Positions 1 through 10,590 of a stretch of 64,000 nucleotides of DNA are shown piece after piece. The position numbers were made by a program, and so were the translations under genes. Below the pieces are notes generated by a model that worked only from the letters and a program-made list of their open reading frames with translations, made no database searches and was not told the origin of the DNA. Source of the DNA: Octopus sinensis (taxonomy: Eukaryota); the NCBI RefSeq assembly GCF_006345805.1, contig NC_043004.1, positions 27,652,001 through 27,716,000 on the forward strand, in the 5' to 3' direction. Numbering within the stretch: the first letter of the stretch is position 1; every line of letters begins with the position of its first letter.

Positions 1-1230
1 GATTTTGCAAAAGCTTTTAACAAAGTGGATCATGGTATGATATGAAACAAACTGCATAACTTTGGCATAGTTGGAAAACTTGGAGAGTGGTTACATGACT
101 TTCTGAAAGATAGAAGTCAGGCAGTAGTAGCCAATGGAACCACCTCAATGAAAACACAAATAGTGAGCGGTGTTCCACAGAGCACTGTCTTGGGACCATT
201 GCTTTTCATAGTGGCTCTCTCAGATATGCCCTCAACAGTTTGGATAGCCACCCTTGCTAGCTACACAGACGATGCTAAAGTCTCACAGAAAATACAGAAA
301 CCCAGCGATGCTGCACATCTGTAGTAGGAGTTGGACTCGATTTACAAATGGGTTGAGGATAATAATATACAGCTTAATGCTGAAAAATTCTAAGCCCTAT
401 GCTACCAGCATCCAAAACTGAATATGAAACTTACAGGCTACACTGATCCACTGGAAATTACAATTATAGAGCCTAATTCAGTGAGGGATCTTGTTCTCGA
501 CATGAGTAATGATACCTCTTTCCAAGTGCACATTACCAGGATGGTGACAAAGTGACGACGACTAGCTTGATGGATCGTAATAACATTCAGAACCAGAGAT
601 AAGGAAACCATGATGATCCTATGGAGGACATTCGTCCTCAGCAGCCTGGATTACTGCACCCAGCTATGGTCACCCAACAGTGTAAAATTAACAGCGGATC
701 TTGAAACATCCAGCGAAGATTCACAAAAAAGATTGTCTCATTGCCACAGCTCAGCTACTAGGAAAGGCTATAGCAGACAAGATTCTACTCCCTAGAGTGA
801 AGGCAGGAGAGGTATGTAGTAATATACATCTGGAAGATCCTGGAAGGAATTGTGCCAAATTTTTGGCATTGAAAGCTACACCAATTCCAGAACTGGTTGT
901 CACTGCATAGTGCCAAAGATCTCAGCAATGCCATCGCACTTCAGGACCATTCACTGCAACAGCCTGGGTTTCAGGGATCCACAGCTTTTTAATATTCTCC
1001 CAAAGAGCTTGAGGAACCTGCACAAAGTTGATACGGGCGTTTTTAAATCACGGCTGGGCCTCTTCCAGTGAACCTACCTCACGGCAAGACATGCAAATGA
1101 GGTTAGCTACATTAAACGCCATTCTTCACCAAGTGCCGCATATTCAAGGAGGCTCCCAATAATAACAGAGTAGCAAAGCGGCGGTGCGTCAGAATGGCCA
1201 CAGCTCTGAGCTGAAACTACAATAAAAAAT
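1..1230 (+). mobile_element. CR1/L2-group non-LTR retrotransposon, decayed RT and 3' end
   Basis: Broken reading frame gives DFAKAFNKVDHGMI at the start, GVPQSTVLGPLLF, YTDDAKV (262-282), then a C-terminal region; the 3' end CAGCTCTGAGCTGAAAC plus A-rich tail runs into (TA)n; stops and frameshifts throughout. Confidence 0.9.
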
Positions 1231-1231
1231 A

Positions 1232-1232
<1 letters not shown>

Positions 1233-1318
<86 letters not shown>

Positions 1319-1329
1319 CATATATATAA
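1233..1329. repeat. (TA)n microsatellite, one of many: also about 4740-4965, 5094-5345, 6500-6590, 7500-7755, 8645-8725, 16390-16950, 18980-19170, 23185-23680, 50655-50775, 51600-51695, 58115-58250
   Basis: Direct dinucleotide repeats; these generate the spurious [14 protein letters not shown] ORFs in the track. Confidence 0.98.
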
Positions 1330-2160
1330 CAGTTTTAAATTGATTTGGTACACAATATGATATGTTGTGGTCACCAGTTGTGACGATAATTTGTTATTAT
1401 TATTGCATACTATAAGATGTGAAAGATGAACAATGCATGATGTTTTATGAAAATATTTATTTACCGTTACGCTACAATACCTTGCCTCGACAGACAGGTT
1501 AATGATACATCCAAATGCATGCAAAGTAAAGTTTGTGTTTGTGTCCTCTTCATTGTTTAGTAGTAGTAATTGCTGAGAGACACAGAATGATGCTGTAAGA
1601 GAACAGAATTAGAGTTAGAGAGAATTGTAGTGTATTGTCTCACAGTTGCTTTCTCCCTCTGACCAAGGTTGGTCACCCAGACCTTGTTGAGTCGTCACCG
1701 ACTATGACTAACTCCGTTGAGTCGTCACGACTGTGATGAACTGATTTTTGCTTGGGGCGTGTTTGCTTATATAAAGATCCAGAAGGATAGATATATCATT
1801 GAGAGCAATAGATTTAGTTGGTGGTCTTGTTATCTCTATTCTAGCTTTTGGTGAAGTAGAAGAGGTTGGAAGGGGTCAAGTAGTGAAAGCATTATTTCGG
1901 CCTAGCTAAAGCCATCTGGAAAATGTAAAACTGCTGTCAGAGAAAAACCATTGTTTCACCATGGGAACAGTTCTGTTACAGCGTTAATTTAAATTTCGCT
2001 ATGGTGGATCAAATCCACTTCATGCATGCAAGATTCACTATGCACCTCTGTTAGGCACATCTACTCCCTTGTTTTGCTATATGTCTGCATCAGCTCAATT
2101 CTTCTCCCGACTTAGATCACGTCGGGGTCACCAATTGTAACAGCAGAAATCGATTTGCAA

Positions 2161-2261
2161 ACAATAATATGAAATTGTCGGAGTCAGCATCCTACAGTAA
2201 ACAATTATAACAAAAACTGTTTATCGTTACAATGCGGACTCCGACAATTTCATATTATTGT
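2161..2261. repeat. Small inverted repeat with 25-bp perfect arms (second copy about 3617-3716)
   Basis: ACAATAATATGAAATTGTCGGAGTC at 2161-2185 and its reverse complement at 2237-2261. Confidence 0.9.
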
Positions 2262-2344
2262 ATACATATATAGATATATATATATATATATAGATCAATA
2301 AATGGTGGGGTTGTGTTGACCGCACGTGGAGAAATGATAAGTAA

Positions 2345-2702
2345 GGAAAAATTTTTTTAAAAATGCAGAATGCTCAAATGAAAGAAAATTTTAATAAAAT
2401 GAGAAAATGATAAAATATATAAATATATATTTATTCAACCGGTTTTCGTCATTGTATGACTTGTCAAGAATATTTATGTTTTAAGAAGTTATTTTAAAAA
2501 TTAGAAAGGGGAAAAAACAATGCAATTTTCTTTTTTTCCCCTTTCTAATTTTTAAAATAACTTCTTAAAACATAAATATTCTTGACAAGTCATACAATGA
2601 CGAAAACCGGTTGAATAAATATATATTATATATTTTATCATTTTCTCATTTTATTAAAATTTTCTTCATTTGAGCATTCTGCATTTTAAAAAAAATTTTT
2701 CC
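2345..2702. repeat. Near-perfect palindrome with about 170-bp arms (second copy 3797-4157)
   Basis: Left arm GGAAAAATTTTTTTAAAAAATGCAGAATGC...AGAAAGGGGAAAAAAA is mirrored by TTTTTTTCCCCTTTCT...GCATTTTAAAAAAAATTTTTCC around a short centre near 2516-2530. Confidence 0.95.
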
Positions 2703-4334
2703 TATATATATATATATATATAATATATATATATATAATATATATATATATATTATATATATATATACATACATATATATATAACAGTTTTAAATTGATT
2801 TGGTACACAATATGATATGTTGTGGTCACCAGTTGTGACGATAATTTGTTATTATTATTGCATACTATAAGATGTGAAAGATGAACAATGCATGATGTTT
2901 TATGAAAATATTTATTTACCGTTACGCTACAATACCTTGCCTCGACAGACAGGTTAATGATACATCCAAATGCATGCAAAGTAAAGTTTGTGTTTGTGTC
3001 CTCTTCATTGTTTAGTAGTAGTAATTGCTGAGAGACACAGAATGATGCTGTAAGAGAACAGAATTAGAGTTAGAGAGAATTGTAGTGTATTGTCTCACAG
3101 TTGCTTTCTCCCTCTGACCAAGGTTGGTCACCCAGACCTGTTGAGTCGTCACCGACTATGACTAACTCCGTTGAGTCGTCACGACTGTGATGAACTGATT
3201 TTTGCTTGGGGCGTGTTTGCTTATATAAAGATCCAGAAGGATAGATATATCATTGAGAGCAATAGATTTAGTTGGTGGTCTTGTTATCTCTATTCTAGCT
3301 TTTGGTGAAGTAGAAGAGGTTGGAAGGGGTCAAGTAGTGAAAGCATTATTTCGGCCTAGCTAAAGCCATCTGGAAAATGTAAAACTGCTGTCAGAGAAAA
3401 ACCATTGTTTCACCATGGGAACAGTTCTGTTACAGCGTTAATTTAAATTTCGCTATGGTGGATCAAATCCACTTCATGCATGCAAGATTCACTATGCACC
3501 TCTGTTAGGCACATCTACTCCCTTGTTTTGCTATATGTCTGCATCAGCTCAATTCTTCTCCCGACTTAGATCACGTCGGGGTCACCAATTGTAACAGCAG
3601 AAATCGATTTGCAAACAATAATATGAAATTGTCGGAGTCAGCATCCTACAGTAAACAATTATAACAAAAACTGTTTATCGTTACAATGCGGACTCCGACA
3701 ATTTCATATTATTGTATACATATATAGATATATATATATATATAGATCAATAAATGGTGGGGTTGTGTTGACCGCACGTGGAGAAATGATAAGTAAGGAA
3801 ACATTTTTTAAAAAATGCAGAATGCTCAAATGAAAGAAAATTTTAATAAAATGAGAAAATGATAAAATATATAAATATATATTTATTCAACGGTTTTCGT
3901 CATTGTATGACTTGTCAAGAATATTTATGTTTTAAGAAGTTATTTTAAAAATTAGAAAGGGGAAAAAAACAATGCAATTTTCTTTTTTTCCCCTTTCTAA
4001 TTTTTAAAATAACTTCTTAAAACATAAATATTCTTGACAAGTCATACAATGACGAAAACCGGTTGAATAAATATATATTTATATATTTTATCATTTTCTC
4101 ATTTTATTAAAATTTTCTTTCATTTGAGCATTCTGCATTTTTAAAAAAAATTTTTCCTATATATATATATATATATATAAATAGATGAGTGTATATTTAT
4201 CTTGTTAACAATTAACGCGGAAAAAAAAAAAAAATAAATAGTTACCAGGGCAGCAAGAATCTCACAAGTAAAGGTGATGTAACTCCTTGTTTATAAAGGT
4301 AGAAACTTCGTGTTTACGTTGAATATTTTGAATA

Positions 4335-4738
4335 ATATGAATAAAAATGGAGTTAACGCAGGTGTAATCAAATATTTTTACTTTCGACACATGTTTCGAA
4401 AATTGCACTGATACTATTCAAAAGAATAAATGGTATAAACAATGCAATCTCCTCCACAGGAAAGTGAAAAAAACGAAACTCGTCAATAAGACATTTTAGC
4501 AAAAAATGATGGATTTGTATAGCGATAGACAGAACGCTATTAATATTGTTTAAAAAAAACGTTATATGATATAACGTCATAAGTAGCTAACAGAAAGAGT
4601 AGGGATATTAATAGTGAATGTTAAATATAAAGGAAATACCATTTATTCTTTTGAATAGTATCAGTCGAATTTTTGAAACATGTGTCGAAAGTAAAAATAT
4701 TTGATTACACCTGTGTTAACTCCATTTTTTATTCATAT
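4335..4738. repeat. Inverted repeat with about 100-bp arms and about 200-bp spacer
   Basis: 4335-4436 (ATATGAATAAAAATGGAGTTAAC...AATGGTAT) is the reverse complement, with a few mismatches, of 4636-4738. Confidence 0.9.
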
Positions 4739-4786
4739 ATATATATGTATATGTATATAGTTATATATAATATATATATATATATA

Positions 4787-4828
<42 letters not shown>

Positions 4829-4875
4829 TATATGTATAAATATATATGCATATATATGTATATATTATCCATGTG

Positions 4876-4906
<31 letters not shown>

Positions 4907-4965
4907 GTATATATATATAGGTACATATATGCATATATGTATATATATATGTATATACATATATA

Positions 4966-5093
4966 CAGCCGTAGAAACACTGCCAGATTTGACTGGGCCT
5001 GATGAAGCCTTCTGGCTTCACAGACCCCAGTAGAACCGTCCAACCCATGCTAGCATGGAAAACGGACGCTAAACGATGATGATGATGATGATG
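4966..5093 (+). mobile_element. RTE LINE 3' terminus only (extreme 5' truncation)
   Basis: CCATGCTAGCATGG palindrome and (GAT)n tail match the ends of the longer RTE copies. Confidence 0.85.
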
Positions 5094-5099
5094 TATATA

Positions 5100-5178
<79 letters not shown>

Positions 5179-5298
5179 ATATATATGTATATGCATTTAT
5201 GAATATATGTATATATATATGTATGTATATATATACGTATGTATATATATATATATAATATATTATATATATATATATTATATATATATATAATATTA

Positions 5299-5332
<34 letters not shown>

Positions 5333-5912
5333 CATATGTGTGTGTGTGTATACTCAAACACATAAACACATCAACACACATGTATGCATACTTACTTATA
5401 TCTGTGTGTGTGTTTGTATGCATTTTTTTTTATTGATAGATATTTATATATTTTACCTACCTAGAAAATATATATTTGGCTGTTATTTTATGTTTAAATT
5501 TTGCGTTTATATTTCTCAGTACTGTTCTGGTGAACAGAAATTTGTTTCTTCTTCAATGCAGAAAGGCAGTAACATCAGCAAGAACAACAGCAATAGCAAC
5601 ACTAACTTCAACAGTACCATAATCGATATGCAGTGTACTGTGTGAACTGTTAAACTGAAAATAGAAATAACATAACTTAGAGTATGGCTAATTCAGCTCA
5701 AACGAATATTTATCTAGGATTTAATCACACATTAAGCTTTTGGGTTAGGGAAAATTGGATTAGACTTTAGTCGTTAAATGCTTTATTAATTTTGATTTTA
5801 ATGAGCTCATTAATGGAACACATATAACACAGACAAACAGACAGGCAGACTGATTGAAAAAAATGCAAACATACATACATATATGTATGCACACACACAC
5901 GCACACACACAC

Positions 5913-5952
<40 letters not shown>

Positions 5953-6049
5953 ATGAATATGAGAAATTTAATAGAAATGTATATATTCAGAAGCACAAAT
6001 ATACATGTGCACAAATCCCACTTTACACACACACATGCACACGTATGTA

Positions 6050-6338
6050 TGATGTCTCCCTGGGTCTACCTCTTCCACAGGTTCCTTCTATAGTTAGGGA
6101 GTGTCACTTCCTCACACAGCTGTCTTCATTCATACGTAACACATGGCCAAACCAGTGCAGTCGCCTCTAATGCACACTACATTTAATGCTTCTTATGCCA
6201 ACTTTTCTTTCAGGGCGCTTACATTTTGTCATGTATGCACAGACATTAAACATCCAGCGGATCATACTAGTTTCATTTCTTTCAAGCCTACGCAAGTCCT
6301 AAGCATTCATGGCCCATGTTTCATTGCCGTGTAGCATA
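6050..6338 (-). mobile_element. RTE LINE internal fragment (C-terminal part of the RT ORF)
   Basis: Minus strand reads MLHGNETWAMN...RLERNETSMIRWM...RRLHWFGHVLRM...GTCGRGRP, collinear with the RTE ORF at 9620-9900. Confidence 0.85.
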
Positions 6339-6494
6339 TGTACATATATATATACATACATACATGCACACACACACACACACACACATACATACACACA
6401 CACACACACATATATGACAATTAGTTAGTTGTCACATATATTTATAGATAAATTCCTGTTTACGTATCGAGGTCTCATTCATTCTTTTGTTGTC

Positions 6495-6573
<79 letters not shown>

Positions 6574-6604
6574 ATATATATATACATATATACTCATCTC
6601 TACA

Positions 6605-7450
6605 TTATAATTCTGAAATGCAAAAAGTTTGACATTCTCTCTATGAATGCAGACAGACGTAGAGAGAGAGAGACAGTGACAGCGCTGGCGAAGGCGGCGG
6701 AGGAAAGATGGTAGACACTATCAAACGACGTTATAGAGAGAAAGTGAAAGGAAGGGAGAAAGTAATAATGAGTGAATGAGAATAACGACGAAGGTTTAAA
6801 AAGCGTAAAAATATTTTCTTTCTCAACCTACTCAAGATCTTTTGTTGTTTATAAATGGGAGATAGCTAGAGAGAGAAAGATAGAGAGTAACAGAAAGCAG
6901 GGAAAGTCCGAGAGAAATAAAGAGTAAGAAAGTGGGAAAGTGAGAGAGAAAGGAGAGAAAAACAAAGAGGGAGAATGTGGCGATAAGAAACAGAAAGTAA
7001 CAACCACAACCTCACCTGCACGTAGAGCGGGTCACCTTCTGCTAGTCAATATCTATAAATCTGAAATGCAAAAAGTTTGTTTGTCTGGTTTTGGCATTGG
7101 AACGGGTTAAAGGCCACTAGATCCCGTCGGATTCGCTCCGAAATTTACAGGGACATGTAAAATGAGGTGAGGGTATGAGTGGGCTAGGTTAGAAATCCAT
7201 ATCTCAAAAGCTGTGGTTACTAGGGCAAAAATCCCACACTTTGACAAGTCTGTTTTCGTTACTCTCATTCTTTTATCTGCCTGTCTTCCTCCAGCTCTCT
7301 CTCTCTTTCCTCCCTTCCCTTCACGTTTTCTCTATAACGACGTGTGACAGATCAACTATATTTCCCCCGCTGGCTTCACCAGCGCTCTCACTCTTTCTCT
7401 CGCATCCCCCTATCTCTCTCTGCGTCTGTCTGCATTCATAGAGAGAATTA
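6605..7450 (+). mobile_element. Two head-to-tail partial non-autonomous Helitron-like units
   Basis: The start motif TCTGAAATGCAAAAAGTTTG occurs at 6612-6631 and 7060-7079; a hairpin (7014-7032) plus CTAG (7042-7045) immediately precedes the second start; 6632-6790 is an inverted copy of 7255-7450. Confidence 0.6.
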
Positions 7451-7570
7451 TTATCGCCACCACAACCACCACACATTGGTGGTGACGATAATTATTGGGT
7501 TAATTTATATATATGTGTGTGTGTGTGTTCTATATATAATGTATATATACAAAGTGTATATATCTGTATT

Positions 7571-7604
<34 letters not shown>

Positions 7605-7633
7605 ATTTGTGTACATTTGTATATATAATGCGT

Positions 7634-7666
<33 letters not shown>

Positions 7667-7714
7667 CTGCGTATATATTTACATATATATATTTAATGCG
7701 TATATATATATACA

Positions 7715-7755
<41 letters not shown>

Positions 7756-8291
7756 ATGTGTGCATTATGTGGTCGGTTGTGCTGAAAATATGCACACCTA
7801 TGTTAAAAGTGCCGGCGAGTTTGCATGGCAACTATTTCTTTCCTCAAATGCTCTCTAGGACAAAATTCCTCATCTTATAAAATGTGGCCCGAGTAGACCC
7901 AAATAAAATCAGGTTATATTAACCAAAATGTGAAAAGGGGTCTAAATGAGGCTGGAAGGGGATTAAAATTTACAGGAGAGGGTGTTTAGGAATTCTCTGT
8001 TACAGCAAGCTAAAAAATTTGTGCCAGCCTTTAAATCGTCAATATGTTGCCGTCCATGGTGAAAAAGTTTTGAATGCTTGCCATGGTGAGTCTACTGTTG
8101 TGAGAAAGAATCACTTCAAAATTTAGTGTTTAGGAATTTTCTTTTACCTCAAGTTCAAAAGTTTACGCTAGCCGTTAAAATGCCACTACGTTGCTGTCCG
8201 TCGTTAAGAAATGCCAGCCATGGTGAGCCTACTAACCTCAGATTCTATCCCTTCAAACTTAAGTTTCCAATATTTTAAAATTTTTTATTCA

Positions 8292-8612
8292 GCTCGCAAG
8301 TTCGTCTGTCCCTTTTAAATGTAAGTGTTTTGCTGTCTGCCTTGAAGCAGACCTTTCCGTTGTCACTGCCTGATAGTTTAGGATGGAAGAAGGTGCATCC
8401 ATTGCCTTTTGTGCATCCATATTTGGGATCAGGACCATGGATTCTGTATTTAGGACAGTATTTGGGGTGGAGGTGAGGGCAGTTTTTTCCCGTTATACCA
8501 TATGGATAGGTGTCCTTAACAAGTCTACGACATATGGTAGGATGGAAAAAAGCACAGCGTCCCTTGTTGTTGGTGCCGCTGGGGCCAAATCTACAGTTGT
8601 CTTGAGAATGGT
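8292..8612 (-). pseudogene. Tandem Cys/His (CCCH-type) zinc-finger coding fragment, probably LINE ORF1
   Basis: Manual translation: CRFGPSGTNNKGRCAFFHPTICRRLVKDTYPYGITGKNCPHLHPKYCPKYRIHGPDPKYGCTKGNGCTFFHPKL; repeated C-x3-H-P-x2-C pattern; no start codon, so absent from the ORF track. Confidence 0.65.
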
Positions 8613-8671
8613 AATGTGCAAATGATTAAGTAATGTGCAAAAATTCATATATATATTCATATATATATATA

Positions 8672-8727
<56 letters not shown>

Positions 8728-8921
8728 AAAAAAAACACCTTTTATCAATTCAACAATGGAAAAATTAAATTATACCATTTAGAAAAAAATACATCTTATA
8801 GAAAAATTAAATATAAGGTAAAACATATACCAATGATTAAGTAATGTGCATATATTATTTTTCTGCTAATTTCTATCTTTCTCCTCCTTCTTTTTCTATA
8901 AACTACCATATATATATATAT

Positions 8922-10590
8922 AGTAAGGTGAGGGTTGGCAATGAGTACAGTGAAGAATTCCGGGTAGAGGTAGGGGTCCACCAAGGCTCAGTCCTCAGCC
9001 CCCTCCTATTTATCATAGTCCTCCAGGCAATAACGGAGGAATTCAAGACAGGATGCCCCTGGGAGCTCCTCTATGCTGATGACCTTGCTCTAATTGCTGA
9101 GTCATTATCAGAACTGGAGAAGAATTTTCAGGTGTGGAAGCATGGTTTAGAATCGAAGGGCCTTAGAGTCAACCTAGCTAAAACCAAGTCCTAATAAGTA
9201 GGAAGGTAGACAAATCACAAACGCCTTCAGGTAGATGGCCCTGCTCGATTCTTAGAAAAGGGTAGGTAGAAACTCTATAAGATGCACCAAGTGTAAGCTA
9301 TGGACACATAAGAGGTGCAGCAATGTCATAGGAAGGCTAACTAGGAAGATGGTTTTTGTATGTGCAGATGCTCGGGAGCATTAACCTCTGAAAATCTGCA
9401 GAAACACTTTCCGTCACTTTCCAGGGGGAAAACTAGAAGTAGTTGATAGCTCCGTTATCTTGGTGACCAAGTCAGTAGTGGGGGTGGGTGTGCTGAAAGT
9501 GTAACGGCTAGAGTAAGAATAGCCTGGGCAAAGTTTAGGGAGCTCTTACCTCTGTTGGTGACTAAAGGCCCCTCGCTCAGAGTAAAAGGCAGACTGTATG
9601 ATGCATGTGTACGAACAGCCATGCTACATGGCAGTGAAACATGGGCCGTGACTGCTGAGGACATGCGTAAGCTCGCGAGAAATGAAGCTAGTATGCTCCG
9701 TTGGATGTGTAATGTCAGTGTTCATAGTCGACAGAGTGTAAGTACCTTGAGAGAAAAGTTGGACCTAAGAGGCATCAGATGTTGTGTGCAAGAGAGACGA
9801 TTGCGCTGGTATGGTCATGTGGTGAGAATGATGAAGATAGGTGTGTGAAAAAGTGCCACACCCTGGCAGTTGAGGGGACCTGTGGAAGAGGTAGACCCAG
9901 GAAAACCTGGGTCGAGGTAGTGAAGCACGACCTTCGAACTCTAGGTCTCACCAAGGAAATGACCAGAGACCGAGACCTATGGAAGTATGCTGTGCGTGAG
10001 AAGACCCGGCAAGACCAGTGAGAACAATCAAAATCAAATCATATATCAGAAAGCAGGGGTTAATGACCCATCCGTTCGTTGTCCGCTGTCAGCCTCGTCT
10101 GGCACCGTGCCGGTGATACGTAAAAGCACCATTCGCTCGTGGCCGTTTGCCAGCTCTGCCTGGCCCCCGTGTCGGTGGCACGTAAAAGCACCATCCGTTC
10201 GTGTTCGTTGCCAGCCTCGCCTGGCCCCCGTGCCGGTGACACGTAAAAGCTCCGTCCGTTCGTGGCCGTTTGCCAGCTCTGTCTGGCCCCGTGTCGGTGG
10301 CACGTAAAAGCACCATCCGTTCGCGTCCGTTGCCAGCCTCGGCTGGCCCCCGTGCCGGTGACACGTAAAAGCACCGTCCGTTCGTGGCCGTTTGCCAGCT
10401 CTGTCTGGCCCCGTGTCGGTGGCACGTAAAAGCACCATCCGTTCGTGTCCGTTGCCAGCATCGCCTGGCCCCGTGCCGGTGACACGTAAAAGCACCATCC
10501 GTTCGTGGCCGTTTGCCAGCTCTGTCTGGCACCTGTGCAGGTGGCACGTAAAAACACCCACTACACTCGCGGAGTGGTTGGCGTTAGGAA
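8922..10590 (+). mobile_element. 5'-truncated RTE LINE (RT core, C-terminus, 3' UTR array); terminal tail missing
   Basis: KVRVGNEYSEEFRVEVGVHQGSVLSPLLF...LLYADDL, LYDACVRTAMLHGSETW, GRGRPRKTW; frameshifted. Confidence 0.95.
10066..10558 (+). repeat. GC-rich minisatellite, 8 units of 60-62 bp with A/B alternation, in the RTE 3' UTR
   Basis: The TAAAA anchor recurs at 10121, 10183, 10244, 10305, 10366, 10427, 10487 and 10549. Confidence 0.95.

Larger units (their letters stand above)
1320..4158. repeat. Near-identical tandem duplication of about 1.4 kb (about 1320-2702 and 2775-4157, offset about 1455 bp)
   Basis: AACAGTTTTAAATTGATTTGG starts both copies; they match throughout apart from a few, mostly single-base, differences; the copies are separated by (TA)n. 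Confidence 0.95.

Noticed and set aside
4999-5025. CTGATGA followed by a hairpin, as a possible hammerhead
   Set aside because: No GAAA after the stem and no stem III; it is a variant RTE tail
4673-5436. Long [14 protein letters not shown] ORFs here and at about 16300-16990, 18600-19215, 23180-23740 and 51500-51830
   Set aside because: Translations of TA/TG/CA microsatellites
10066-10558. CRISPR-like appearance (regularly spaced palindromic repeats)
   Set aside because: The intervening sequences are themselves repeated (A/B types), there are no unique spacers or cas genes, and the array is the 3' UTR of a eukaryotic LINE
10046-10561. Overlapping 100-170 aa ORFs over the array
   Set aside because: By-products of a GC-rich tandem repeat that happens to lack stops
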